From a virus (Duplodnaviria > Caudoviricetes), in the IMG/VR virus record IMGVR_UViG_3300027706_000256, positions 1-28,172 of that record: a stretch of DNA of 28,172 nucleotides. One strand, given 5' to 3'. This document shows, one piece after another, positions 8,580 through 17,648 of this stretch. The first letter of the stretch is position 1, and every line of letters begins with the position of its first letter. The notes beneath the pieces were generated by a model, which was given only the letters and a program-made list of their open reading frames with translations, was not told the DNA's origin and did not search any database. The position numbers were made by a program, and so were the translations under genes.

Positions 8580-10508
8580 TCACGACATCGGGCGGATGCC
8601 GCCCCAAGGTAGGTAGAACCCATTCGTCGTGTGGAACCAGGTGTTTGCCGAGTCAGCTGTGGTCCACGATCCCACGTTTGCGCGGCCGAGCCTAGCGATT
8701 GGGAACCGACCCATCCGACGGATCTCAAGCGGAAGGACTTCTGGACCTGGAGAGTTGAAGTAGTTGGTGTCGCGCCCACCGGCAATGAGATCGACTGGGA
8801 GCAGTTCTGAACCGCCCAGGAACGGTGTGTCGCCCGCTGAAGAATCGAACCTGATGCCGTTGTTGTTGCCGCCCTGCGTGGCAACGAAGTTGTAGGTCGC
8901 CAGAGCGCAGCTGATCGGACCCTGTCTCGGATTGAGGCTGTACGCTACGCCCGAGATGCCGTCATCTTGGTAGGTGCCCGTCCGCCAGTCGACGCCCTGT
9001 GAGTAGTTGGACTGTCCCACGACGAACAGCCGGTGGATGGGATCGGGCTGCAGGGGCACCGTCTCATCTTCGGGCAAGCCGAAAGCAGCAAACTCGTCAG
9101 ATGCATTGAAGTACCCACGGTTGCAGACAACGACGGCACCAGTGACATCATCGCCCCAGATGTACATCCTCCACCGGTAATCATCTGTGTGCACTGCAGG
9201 TGGGAAAATATGGCCTGCATTGAATGACGTCATCACGTATGTGTTGTTTGTCGCGTACTCGTTACCCAGGACGCCAGCAGGCGCAACGTGGTCTGCGTAA
9301 GCGTGATCAGGGTTCAGACCGATCGTCAACCCGCGGTACGAGCTGCTGGCGGTGTTGTACCACAAGGCACCGTGGAGGTGACGGCCTCCGTTCTGGCCCG
9401 TGGCAAAGTCTCCTCCTGAACCGCTAAACCCTGGCGCGATCGACAGGGTGACGCCATTGCAAGCACCACCCGCTGATGCATCACCGGTATCATACGCGCT
9501 CTCAAGGCACAGCCTGACCTGCCAGCCCGTTGAGTGTGGGCTCTGGTAGATGATGCGTAGACGATCGTATGAACCCTGGCCATGGTAATGACCATCGTCG
9601 GGTGAGTTGTTGAAAGCGGGCCTGTCCAACAGCGACGCGACCATTGTCTTCGTCGGAGTTGCAGATGTGATGTACTCCGGGCTGTACGTCGGCGAGTTGG
9701 GCTCGATCACAGCGGGCGTTTTGGCGGTGATCCCACCATCAGCTTCGCACGGGTTCCAGATGTAGAAAAAGAACGCCTTGTTTGAGAGGTAGCCGAAGTA
9801 GTCATCAATGATGTCAACGCCCGTCGCTGCATTGACGTTCGGGTTCAACGTTTGATCGTTCGTGAAACCATAGACAGGCAAGAAGAGAGGCGAGCCGGTG
9901 TTGCCGATAACGGGTGAATCAACTCTGGGATGGCTCTGGACCGTGCTGTTTCCGCTATCAACGTGGTCCTCCAACTGCGGGTTGTTGTCCCACCCGTTCA
10001 TGTCGACGTCACCGTCAGCATCAGCGTCGGTGTTGATCGGCATGTCGAGGTCATTGAAGACCGACTCTACCGGTGGAAAGACCGTCCATGTGAAGCTGGG
10101 ATCCGCGTATGGGACAGAACCCGAATCAAACGTTCGTGTGTCAAACGTGATGGTGCTACCGCCTGCGCTGATGATGCGATACAGGCCCGAGTTCACCAGT
10201 GGATACGTGTTGCTCTTGATCGCAAGGATGAAGTCGGTGCCACCCTGGGGAGACGCTACATGCCAGCCGCCAACAGAACCTGTCAACGTGAGAACACCGA
10301 CTCCTGCTGACGATGACAACGTGTCACCCCCACTCGTTCCGCCCGTTTGGAGCGCGATGGGTAGAAGGTTGTTCAACCACTCACTACGCCCCGCGGCACC
10401 CACCCGAGTGAATCCCAGGACGCCTTCTAGGAAACAGGCGAGCGCGTACATCGAGCTGTACGAACCCGTAGAACCGACAACCAGGTCTCTGCAACAGTGG
10501 ACTGCCAT
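8580..10508 (-). CDS. paralog family B, copy 3 (642 aa, with an acidic insertion); putative virion surface/receptor-binding protein
   Basis: Shares HxCRD, NSGLYRI, WQVRLCLES, IWGDDxTG, RLFVVG and RRxGxxP...GRAN...WxH...GxYLPW with B1 and B2. TGATG coupling to A3. Confidence 0.85.
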   Translation of the reverse strand: MAVHCCRDLVVGSTGSYSSMYALACFLEGVLGFTRVGAAGRSEWLNNLLPIALQTGGTSGGDTLSSSAGVGVLTLTGSVGGWHVASPQGGTDFILAIKSNTYPLVNSGLYRIISAGGSTITFDTRTFDSGSVPYADPSFTWTVFPPVESVFNDLDMPINTDADADGDVDMNGWDNNPQLEDHVDSGNSTVQSHPRVDSPVIGNTGSPLFLPVYGFTNDQTLNPNVNAATGVDIIDDYFGYLSNKAFFFYIWNPCEADGGITAKTPAVIEPNSPTYSPEYITSATPTKTMVASLLDRPAFNNSPDDGHYHGQGSYDRLRIIYQSPHSTGWQVRLCLESAYDTGDASAGGACNGVTLSIAPGFSGSGGDFATGQNGGRHLHGALWYNTASSSYRGLTIGLNPDHAYADHVAPAGVLGNEYATNNTYVMTSFNAGHIFPPAVHTDDYRWRMYIWGDDVTGAVVVCNRGYFNASDEFAAFGLPEDETVPLQPDPIHRLFVVGQSNYSQGVDWRTGTYQDDGISGVAYSLNPRQGPISCALATYNFVATQGGNNNGIRFDSSAGDTPFLGGSELLPVDLIAGGRDTNYFNSPGPEVLPLEIRRMGRFPIARLGRANVGSWTTADSANTWFHTTNGFYLPWGGIRPMS

Positions 10509-11905
10509 CAGAACCCCTCGAACATCTTACGACCGATGACGATCGCGTTGTCCCACGGCCACATCACGCCGCCACCGGTGTGAATCCATCTGTCGCTGTC
10601 GTCACCGACCCGCATGTAGTAAGGATAACCTCCCCCGATGTACCTGACGGCACGAAGCCGCGCTCGGGCGAAGCTGAACTGGCCCGCGACGCTTGCCTGT
10701 CCGCTGACAGTCGCCATCGACAACACGGGTTCTGGGAACAAGAATTTGGACTGGCGCTGGTTGAAGAACATGCTGGCCCAGCGTCCCATGCGAAGGCCTT
10801 GTTGAGTGCCCGCCCAAATCGTGTTGTTCCATGACGAACCTGTGTAACCCCTGACCATGCAAGGCCACCGGCGGACCAACGTATCGTAGGGGCTCGGGAA
10901 GTGGAAGTGTGCGTAGCCGTATCCCACCTGGGCTGCAGTGCTGACGCCCAGGTTCCCAAAGTTGTTGGCACAGATCGGGTTGGGGTCGTTGGCTTGCGGA
11001 TACAAACGGATGGGCACCTCGATGTGGAAGCTCGAGCCACCATTGGGCATGAAATTTCCGCCAGCCTGGCAGATGATGAATGCAATTCCGGCAATGATCG
11101 TAACGAAGCCATCGCCTCCACCGCTGTTGTGGAACCAGTCAGCCTGCGCCCACCCGCCACCGCCGGGACCGTCGCTGGTTACTTCGGGAAGGATGGGTTG
11201 GGATGCATCGCTGAACGATGAGATGCCATCCCAAGAACCGCTCGGAGACAGGATGATCTGCAACTGAGAGATGTTGCTGCTGGCGTGTGAACAAGACAAC
11301 GAACACTGTGGCGTTGCTTGCCCGGGATTGACCTGTGATGCACGCGGGAACTGTAGGTTGACGAATTGTCCAACTGCGTACGGTCCAGCGTTCGCGGCGG
11401 CCAGGTAGTCGATGACCCGGTAATTGATGCCGTTCCGTGTAGTAAACGTGGGTTGCGAGTACACATCGGGCGGAGTGCCACCATAAGTCGGATCCAGCAA
11501 GAGGCTGGAGGAGTTCAACCACTTCCGGATCTTGTAGATACTGTCGTCGGTGCTTGTCGATCCCGACTGCCACAACGTGATCCACTTTCCCTCCATCGCG
11601 GGCGCGAAGGGCGTCGACCCTGTCACGTTGAAGTACGGCAGACCAGCGACAGTAGCACCGTCGCTGCCCGAAGCGATCAAGACATTGCTGCCAGTGAACC
11701 ACCCGTCGGGCATGTTGTGGAAGACGCCCGGAGTGACTGATCCCAACCCTGGGTTCACCAAGTCGTTGCTACCGTTGACACAGAAGCCCCAGAACTCAAG
11801 GCACAGCCTCAGGACCCACGACATGCAACCGTCAGTACCGAAACTGGGTGCTGGGTTGACGTGGAACGCTCGGAGAAACTTTGCGTTGAGTACGGGAGCT
11901 GACAT
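10508..11905 (-). CDS. paralog family A, copy 3 (465 aa); putative virion surface protein
   Basis: Shares EFWGFCVNGxNDL, STDDSIY, NPGQA, LSPSGSW, FHIEVPxRLYP, ARARLRxVR and WPWD with A1 and A2. Confidence 0.85.
   Translation of the reverse strand: MSAPVLNAKFLRAFHVNPAPSFGTDGCMSWVLRLCLEFWGFCVNGSNDLVNPGLGSVTPGVFHNMPDGWFTGSNVLIASGSDGATVAGLPYFNVTGSTPFAPAMEGKWITLWQSGSTSTDDSIYKIRKWLNSSSLLLDPTYGGTPPDVYSQPTFTTRNGINYRVIDYLAAANAGPYAVGQFVNLQFPRASQVNPGQATPQCSLSCSHASSNISQLQIILSPSGSWDGISSFSDASQPILPEVTSDGPGGGGWAQADWFHNSGGGDGFVTIIAGIAFIICQAGGNFMPNGGSSFHIEVPIRLYPQANDPNPICANNFGNLGVSTAAQVGYGYAHFHFPSPYDTLVRRWPCMVRGYTGSSWNNTIWAGTQQGLRMGRWASMFFNQRQSKFLFPEPVLSMATVSGQASVAGQFSFARARLRAVRYIGGGYPYYMRVGDDSDRWIHTGGGVMWPWDNAIVIGRKMFEGF
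11541..11574. repeat. 34 bp exact direct repeat, copy in A3 (partner at 14252..14285)
   Basis: ctgtcgtcggtgcttgtcgatcccgactgccaca is identical at both sites; it extends to 41 bp with one mismatch. Confidence 0.95.
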
Positions 11906-11912
11906 CTACACC

Positions 11913-13277
11913 TCACGGCAGGATCGAACCCTGCCACGGCAGGTAGATCCCGTCGTTCAGGTGGAGCCACGAATGAACAGAGTCAGTCGAGACCTGGAAG
12001 TACCCGTAGTTTGATCGGCCCATCTGGACGAAGGGGGCTGTCCCCAAACGCCTGCCCTCGAGGGGCATGTGTTCGTTGAGGTCTCCCAGGTGGTCATTAC
12101 CTCCCACAAAGATGTCAACCGGGATCAATTCAGACGCAGCAATGTATGGGTTGTCGCCACCGTTGTTGGATCCCCGTGCGCTCGTGTTGCCAGGGGCAAA
12201 GACCTCGCCCGCGAGCGGGTTGTAGAGGCTGTAGATCGCAGTGATGGGCTGTCCGCTCAGACCGAAAGACACACCAGCCCTGTTCACACCCTGGCCGCAG
12301 GCCCAGTAGATGCCGTTGTCGCCGCTGTTGCCAACCGCGTTGGCTCCCATCACGAACAAACGTTGGATCGGTTTGGGCGGCAACGGTTGTTCCTCGTTCA
12401 CCGTCAGGCCGAACTGAGTGAAACTGCCTCCGCCGTTGCCACCGATGACCGGGCGGCATGCCGCGAAGCACGTACCGGTGGAATCGTCGCCCCACATGTA
12501 GAACCGACCTTGAGTGACGTTGTCAGGCCAGAAACCGACTGTTTCACCTACGAGTGATTGATCGTGGTTGTTGAAGAACAGGACGGCATGGAGATGCGGT
12601 CCACCCACTGCAAAGTCACCGTGAATCGTTCCACCAAATCCAGGTGCGATCGTCACCGAACCACCGTTTGCTGATGGTGAGACGCTGCCTCCCTGGTAGT
12701 ACTGGTCGTAGTTCGATTCAACGCAGATCCTGACCTGCCAGTTCAACGAAGACGGGCTCTGCAAGATGATGCGTGAGGCATTAGCACCCGCACCTTGTGT
12801 CTGGTACGTGCCCGTGGTTCCGTTGCCACCATTGGTGACGTTGGCGTTGAAAACGAACTCATTCTCACACACGGCCCACGTCATCCCGGTCTCGGCGGGC
12901 GGCACGTCTCCTGACCGGTAGTTGATGTAGAGCCAGTTGTTTCCCGTATCGACCGAGGTGACCCTGAACATGCCCGAGTTGAGCATCGGGTTGCCCGGAC
13001 TCCGAAGGACCAGGATACGACCGATGTCGGCAATCGATACTGTGTAACCGTCTGGTGCGAAGGCGTAGATGTCGGTGCCGCCCTGGTTCAGACTGCCGTT
13101 GTTTCCGCTGCCTTTCGTGTAGGTGCTGCCGTCAATGTCCCAGTTTGTCTGGCCCACGACAACGTAGTTCAAGACCCTCCGCAGGAAGATCGACAACAGG
13201 TAGTTGGCGTAGTAGGGTCCCCACTGGTTCAGCGGGTTGCCCCACGACAAGAAGTCTCTGCAAACGTGGAGTGTCAT
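11913..13277 (-). CDS. paralog family B, copy 2 (454 aa)
   Basis: Starts MTLHVCRDFL and carries the B-family motifs. Begins 1 nt after the A2 stop. Confidence 0.85.
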   Translation of the reverse strand: MTLHVCRDFLSWGNPLNQWGPYYANYLLSIFLRRVLNYVVVGQTNWDIDGSTYTKGSGNNGSLNQGGTDIYAFAPDGYTVSIADIGRILVLRSPGNPMLNSGMFRVTSVDTGNNWLYINYRSGDVPPAETGMTWAVCENEFVFNANVTNGGNGTTGTYQTQGAGANASRIILQSPSSLNWQVRICVESNYDQYYQGGSVSPSANGGSVTIAPGFGGTIHGDFAVGGPHLHAVLFFNNHDQSLVGETVGFWPDNVTQGRFYMWGDDSTGTCFAACRPVIGGNGGGSFTQFGLTVNEEQPLPPKPIQRLFVMGANAVGNSGDNGIYWACGQGVNRAGVSFGLSGQPITAIYSLYNPLAGEVFAPGNTSARGSNNGGDNPYIAASELIPVDIFVGGNDHLGDLNEHMPLEGRRLGTAPFVQMGRSNYGYFQVSTDSVHSWLHLNDGIYLPWQGSILP

Positions 13278-13278
13278 G

Positions 13279-14583
13279 TCAGCCCGCCAGGAAGAGGTTG
13301 TAGGGAAGGAGGGTGTTGTCCCATGGCCACATGATGCCGTTCACAACATGGAGCCACTCGCCATTGTTGCCGACCCTCTCGAACTGCGGGATGATCGGAG
13401 CAATGAATCTGACACGGCGTAGCCTGACACGTGCCAGTTGGTACTGTCCCGCGACGTTGGGCAAGCACGCCACAGCGTCAGTGAACACAAACTTGTTCTG
13501 GTACGTGTTGAAGAACGTCCCGTTGAACCTGCCGTTCGATTGGTTTCCCACGTGGTTGGTGTCATCGATTCCAAAGAACCGACGACCGAACCCATAGTAG
13601 GCTCGCAACGTGTTGTCGGGCGGATTGTGCATAAAGATGCCACCGCCATAGTGGTTGCCAGAATCCGTCTGCGTGATCGTGTAGTCAGCGTATGGAATGA
13701 CAACGATCGGATTGGGATCATCTCCCGCTGGATACAACCGTTGTGGGATCTCGATGTGCCAGCCCGAGCTGTCTTGGCTAGTGCAGTGGCTGTGACAGAT
13801 GAAGAAATCGCCTGCACCCCACAAGCTGATGTAGCCAGGGCTCGACGCGCTCCAGTAGCTTGTATTGCCGCCACCCTGGGTGATGGGGCCGACGGGATCG
13901 GTGAACTTGTACGATCCGCTGTTGAGCCCCCATGAACCTGAGGGGGACAACACATAGTAGAGGCCTGACGCCAACACGCCGAAACCAGGAGGAGGTGCAC
14001 CGTAAATGATAGCACACTGTGAGTTCGCCTGGCCCGGGTTGATGGTGCCCGCGTCGCTGAACTGGCAGATCAGCTGGCTCACCTGGCTGGTGTACGAACC
14101 GTTGGCCGAGGGAGTGAAGTCAACGATGCGCCAGTTGATGTTGTTCCGTGTTGTCAGTGACGGATGCAGCGAACCCGTGTAGGGCGTGCCACCGTGGAAC
14201 ACGTTGAGACGGATGCTGCTGGAGTTGAGCCACTGCGTGATCTGGTAGATGCTGTCGTCGGTGCTTGTCGATCCCGACTGCCACATCACCAAGAACTTAT
14301 TGACGTACGATGCCGAGAACGCATTGAGGTTCGTCGACTGGAAGAACGGCATGCCGACATTGGTGAACCCATCAGAACCCGATGCCAGGAGGCCCGTCTG
14401 GCTCGTCCACGGCATCTGGTACACGCCAGACACGGGAGCAAACGCTGCGAGTCCCGGGTTGACCAGGTCGTTGTCCCCATTGACGCAGAAACCCCAGAAC
14501 TCGAAGACGAGCCTCAAGAGCCAGCCAAGCGAGTTGACTCCACCAGGAACGGGGTGAGCTCTGAGGAATTTAGCGGTCAGCAT
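13279..14583 (-). CDS. paralog family A, copy 2 (434 aa)
   Basis: Starts MLTAKFLRAH and carries the A-family motifs. AAGGGG RBS. Confidence 0.85.
   Translation of the reverse strand: MLTAKFLRAHPVPGGVNSLGWLLRLVFEFWGFCVNGDNDLVNPGLAAFAPVSGVYQMPWTSQTGLLASGSDGFTNVGMPFFQSTNLNAFSASYVNKFLVMWQSGSTSTDDSIYQITQWLNSSSIRLNVFHGGTPYTGSLHPSLTTRNNINWRIVDFTPSANGSYTSQVSQLICQFSDAGTINPGQANSQCAIIYGAPPPGFGVLASGLYYVLSPSGSWGLNSGSYKFTDPVGPITQGGGNTSYWSASSPGYISLWGAGDFFICHSHCTSQDSSGWHIEIPQRLYPAGDDPNPIVVIPYADYTITQTDSGNHYGGGIFMHNPPDNTLRAYYGFGRRFFGIDDTNHVGNQSNGRFNGTFFNTYQNKFVFTDAVACLPNVAGQYQLARVRLRRVRFIAPIIPQFERVGNNGEWLHVVNGIMWPWDNTLLPYNLFLAG
14119..14145. repeat. 27 bp exact direct repeat shared by A2 and A1 (partner at 17115..17141)
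   Basis: gtcaacgatgcgccagttgatgttgtt at both sites; encodes NNINWRIVD. Confidence 0.9.
14252..14285. repeat. 34 bp exact direct repeat, copy in A2 (partner at 11541..11574)
   Basis: Same sequence; encodes the WQSGSTSTDD segment. Confidence 0.95.
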
Positions 14584-14601
14584 GGAACCCCTTCTATAGT
14601 A

Positions 14602-16224
14602 TCACGGCTTGGCAGGGTTGGAGCCACCCTTCTGCACTCCCGCGATGACTGGCACTTGGCGGAAGTACGAGTAGGTCTTGCGGTAGCGAGTGGCATCAAC
14701 GTCGAGGATGTTCGGCGATTCGGGTGGAACGGGTGGATCGCTGCCCGGCAGGAACGCTCCACGGGGATCGAGGCCTTGTTGCAGCTCGTTGCTCCCGCTT
14801 GTTGCAGTCACTGCGCTGATCCCACCGAAAACCGCGTCACTCGGCGGCGGACCGCCCCACTGCATGAAGATGCCGTCTTCAGTGTGGTACCATCCCCCGT
14901 CGCCTGTCACAGCCCACGGAGTGTAGTTGGCCCGGCCCTGCATGAAGAACGGCAAGCGTCCCAGCCGGCGGGGCTGGAGCGGGAACAACGACGACGTTGT
15001 CGTTGAAGCGAACGTCGTGTCGATCGTTCCCAAGAGGATCTCGGCATCAAGGAGGTCGGTCCGACCGTTCCAGGCGCTGTCAGTCGACGAGGTCACGTAC
15101 CTGATGTGCTGAGCGCTGGGGTTGCTGATGTCGCTGTAGAGGCTCAACACACCGGCGACGGGGTAGCCCAGCTTACTCCATCCGATGACCTGTGTGACGT
15201 TGTCCGAATGGAACTGTGACTGCCACGTCAGCTTCGACTGCGGGTTGCTCGACCCGAGGACGAACAACCTCGATGCATTGATGAACTCATCACCCAAGTT
15301 TGAGTTCGATGGGATCTCGGTCTCGTCTGCCGTCAAACCAAAGACGCACCAACCCGAACCACTGAGACCCGGTGACACTGACAAGCTGACGTTGTGGTTG
15401 ACGATGCCACACGTTCCCGACACGTCATCAACGATCATCGAGATGCGCCACTGACCGTTCTGGTTGTAAGCGGGAGTGATGCCCACTGTCATGCCCTGGT
15501 ACAGCTGGCCCGTGGTGTTGTACCACTCCGCCCCGTGCAGGAAGATCCTCTTGCCAGTGTTGTTGCCCGAGTCAACAGGATTGAAGTCTCCGATGCTGTT
15601 GCCACCGAAACCTGGAGCGATTGAGAAGCCTGACGGCACAGCCCCAGTGACGTCGTGGGATGACTCAAGGCACATCCTGACTTCCCACGAGCTCTCGTCA
15701 GTGCTCCGAAGAATGATGCGGCTAGCGTTCGACACTGACGATGTGTTCGGCGTGTATGAACCGTAGTTCGCAGTCCCGTTGCTTCCCGTCCGCCACGACG
15801 TAGCAAAGCTGGCCTCATTGACGAAGAGGTGCCAGAACAGGTACTGCTCAGGCGGAGGTGGCGTGGCAGAACGGTAATCGATCACCAGGCAGTTGTGGGG
15901 AACATCGACACCCGTCACGCGGAATAGCCCAGAGTTGGCTTGCGGGTACAGCTGAGATTTCAGCGCCAGGATCCGACCGATGTCGTTGTTTGACACCAGG
16001 TGTGACCCAGTTGGCAAGAAGACCTCGTTGGACCCGAACCCCATGTTGATGGTCCCGCTGATCCCCTGGCTCACGCTCGCAGACCCCGCCAGATCGAAAT
16101 TGGTCTGGCCCACGACAGAGAACCCGCCCACGTGGAGCATGAACATGCCCAGGGCGTACATGTTCGTGCCTGGGCACGATGCCGTCGTGATGGTCAGGAA
16201 GTCACGGCACAGGTGGATCGTCAT
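14602..16224 (-). CDS. paralog family B, copy 1 (540 aa) with a Pro-rich linker and basic C-terminal extension
   Basis: Start moved to MTIHLCRDFL (ATG 16224, ATGA overlap with the A1 stop), which matches the starts of B2 and B3. Confidence 0.85.
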   Translation of the reverse strand: MTIHLCRDFLTITTASCPGTNMYALGMFMLHVGGFSVVGQTNFDLAGSASVSQGISGTINMGFGSNEVFLPTGSHLVSNNDIGRILALKSQLYPQANSGLFRVTGVDVPHNCLVIDYRSATPPPPEQYLFWHLFVNEASFATSWRTGSNGTANYGSYTPNTSSVSNASRIILRSTDESSWEVRMCLESSHDVTGAVPSGFSIAPGFGGNSIGDFNPVDSGNNTGKRIFLHGAEWYNTTGQLYQGMTVGITPAYNQNGQWRISMIVDDVSGTCGIVNHNVSLSVSPGLSGSGWCVFGLTADETEIPSNSNLGDEFINASRLFVLGSSNPQSKLTWQSQFHSDNVTQVIGWSKLGYPVAGVLSLYSDISNPSAQHIRYVTSSTDSAWNGRTDLLDAEILLGTIDTTFASTTTSSLFPLQPRRLGRLPFFMQGRANYTPWAVTGDGGWYHTEDGIFMQWGGPPPSDAVFGGISAVTATSGSNELQQGLDPRGAFLPGSDPPVPPESPNILDVDATRYRKTYSYFRQVPVIAGVQKGGSNPAKP

Positions 16225-17630
16225 ACGCCGAGCCTCCACGGTCCTTCCGGCATGATCGAATCGTCCCAAGGCCAAAGGACGCCGTTGGAGACGACGACCC
16301 ACCCGTTGGGGTCAGTGATCGGGTCGCCGAGGCGGGCGCCGCGCTGCAACGTTGCGACTGTAAATCGAACGTGACGCAGACGCGCGCGAGCGGCGGCAAA
16401 GTGGTTCGGAACGTTGGTCAGGCTCAGGATGCCATCGGTCGTCATGTACTGGGGGAAGTGTTGCAGGGCATCACCCACCCGATCGAACGCAACATCAGCA
16501 AACCGGAACGCCGGTAGCTGAAACTGCTGCCACTGACCCGTGCCATAACTGTTGCCGGTGTAGCTCTGGCGTACGCGGTCTCCCATCGGTGACCGGACCA
16601 GCATCGTCCAGTTCCGGACAACCGAGTCTTCGCACACCATGTTGAAGCCGTTGTAGTACGTTGCGGCAACCTGGCTCGGGACTGCGTTCTGCCACATCAA
16701 CCATGCAACCGGGTTGGGATCGACGCTCGCTGAATACAGCCTCTGGGGAACCTCGATGTGAAACCCGCTGCCTTGAGTAGAACCGTTCTGCGTGTTCGGT
16801 CCCCTGACCTCGGCGATGATGAAGTCCTGGCCCCCGATCAATGTGAAGGTGCTCTGGCCCGTGTTACCGTTGCCGTTCGGATTGAAGAAGTTGACCGTCT
16901 GCTCAGGGGTTCCATCAGTGAAACCTGTCCCATTCCAGGAACCGCTCGGTGAGATGATCAGACCCAGGTTTCCCTCGGCTCCGAAAGAACTGGTGTGATG
17001 GGTGATCTGGACTTGGGCCTGGGCCTGTCCCGGGTTGACGATGGGCGCACCCTGGAGTTGCAGGACTTGGTAGTTGCCCTCGCCCCAATCAGCCAATTGG
17101 GTGGTTGCATAGATGTCAACGATGCGCCAGTTGATGTTGTTGCGGTCCCAGAACCACGGGTGGTTGCCCAACCTACGGGTGCCACCGCTGTGGATGTCAA
17201 CCCGGATGTGATTCGCATCCTCGACAGACTTGATGAAGTAGACGCCATCGTCTGTTGCGGCTTCGCCAGGAGAACCCGGAACCCAAGTGACCAGGTACTT
17301 GCCGACCAACGATCCAGACAGCGACCCGCTGGTGATGGTCATGAAGTTGACGCTGTTGCTCGAGAAGACGTCGAACCCGAAGCTGGTTGACCCGTCGTTT
17401 CCCGCTGCGATCAGGCTGCCGCTCCGGAAGCCTGACGGCATGTTGCTGGCTACGATCCCACCCGCGTGGTGGAGGTCGTTGGTCCCATTGACGCAGAACC
17501 CCCACCACTCATACAAGACTTTGTGGAAAAAGCGCGACGCCTGAGTGGCGGTCAACCCAGTCCACGCCGTGAACTGGGGACCCTCCAACGACTTGCAGTA
17601 CTTGATAGGGATCTGAAGCGGCGTCGTCAT
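16221..17630 (-). CDS. paralog family A, copy 1 (469 aa)
   Basis: Motifs YEWWGFCVNGTNDL, ATDDGVY, NPGQA, ISPSGSW, FHIEVPQRLY, ARARLRHVRF, WPWDD. Confidence 0.85.
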   Translation of the reverse strand: MTTPLQIPIKYCKSLEGPQFTAWTGLTATQASRFFHKVLYEWWGFCVNGTNDLHHAGGIVASNMPSGFRSGSLIAAGNDGSTSFGFDVFSSNSVNFMTITSGSLSGSLVGKYLVTWVPGSPGEAATDDGVYFIKSVEDANHIRVDIHSGGTRRLGNHPWFWDRNNINWRIVDIYATTQLADWGEGNYQVLQLQGAPIVNPGQAQAQVQITHHTSSFGAEGNLGLIISPSGSWNGTGFTDGTPEQTVNFFNPNGNGNTGQSTFTLIGGQDFIIAEVRGPNTQNGSTQGSGFHIEVPQRLYSASVDPNPVAWLMWQNAVPSQVAATYYNGFNMVCEDSVVRNWTMLVRSPMGDRVRQSYTGNSYGTGQWQQFQLPAFRFADVAFDRVGDALQHFPQYMTTDGILSLTNVPNHFAAARARLRHVRFTVATLQRGARLGDPITDPNGWVVVSNGVLWPWDDSIMPEGPWRLGV

Positions 17631-17648
17631 CCAGACCCTACATACCCC

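Noticed and set aside
8103-17630. Diversity-generating retroelement or invertase shufflon acting on the paralog array
   Set aside because: No reverse transcriptase, recombinase, adenine-specific TR/VR pair or inverted cassettes are visible in the window.
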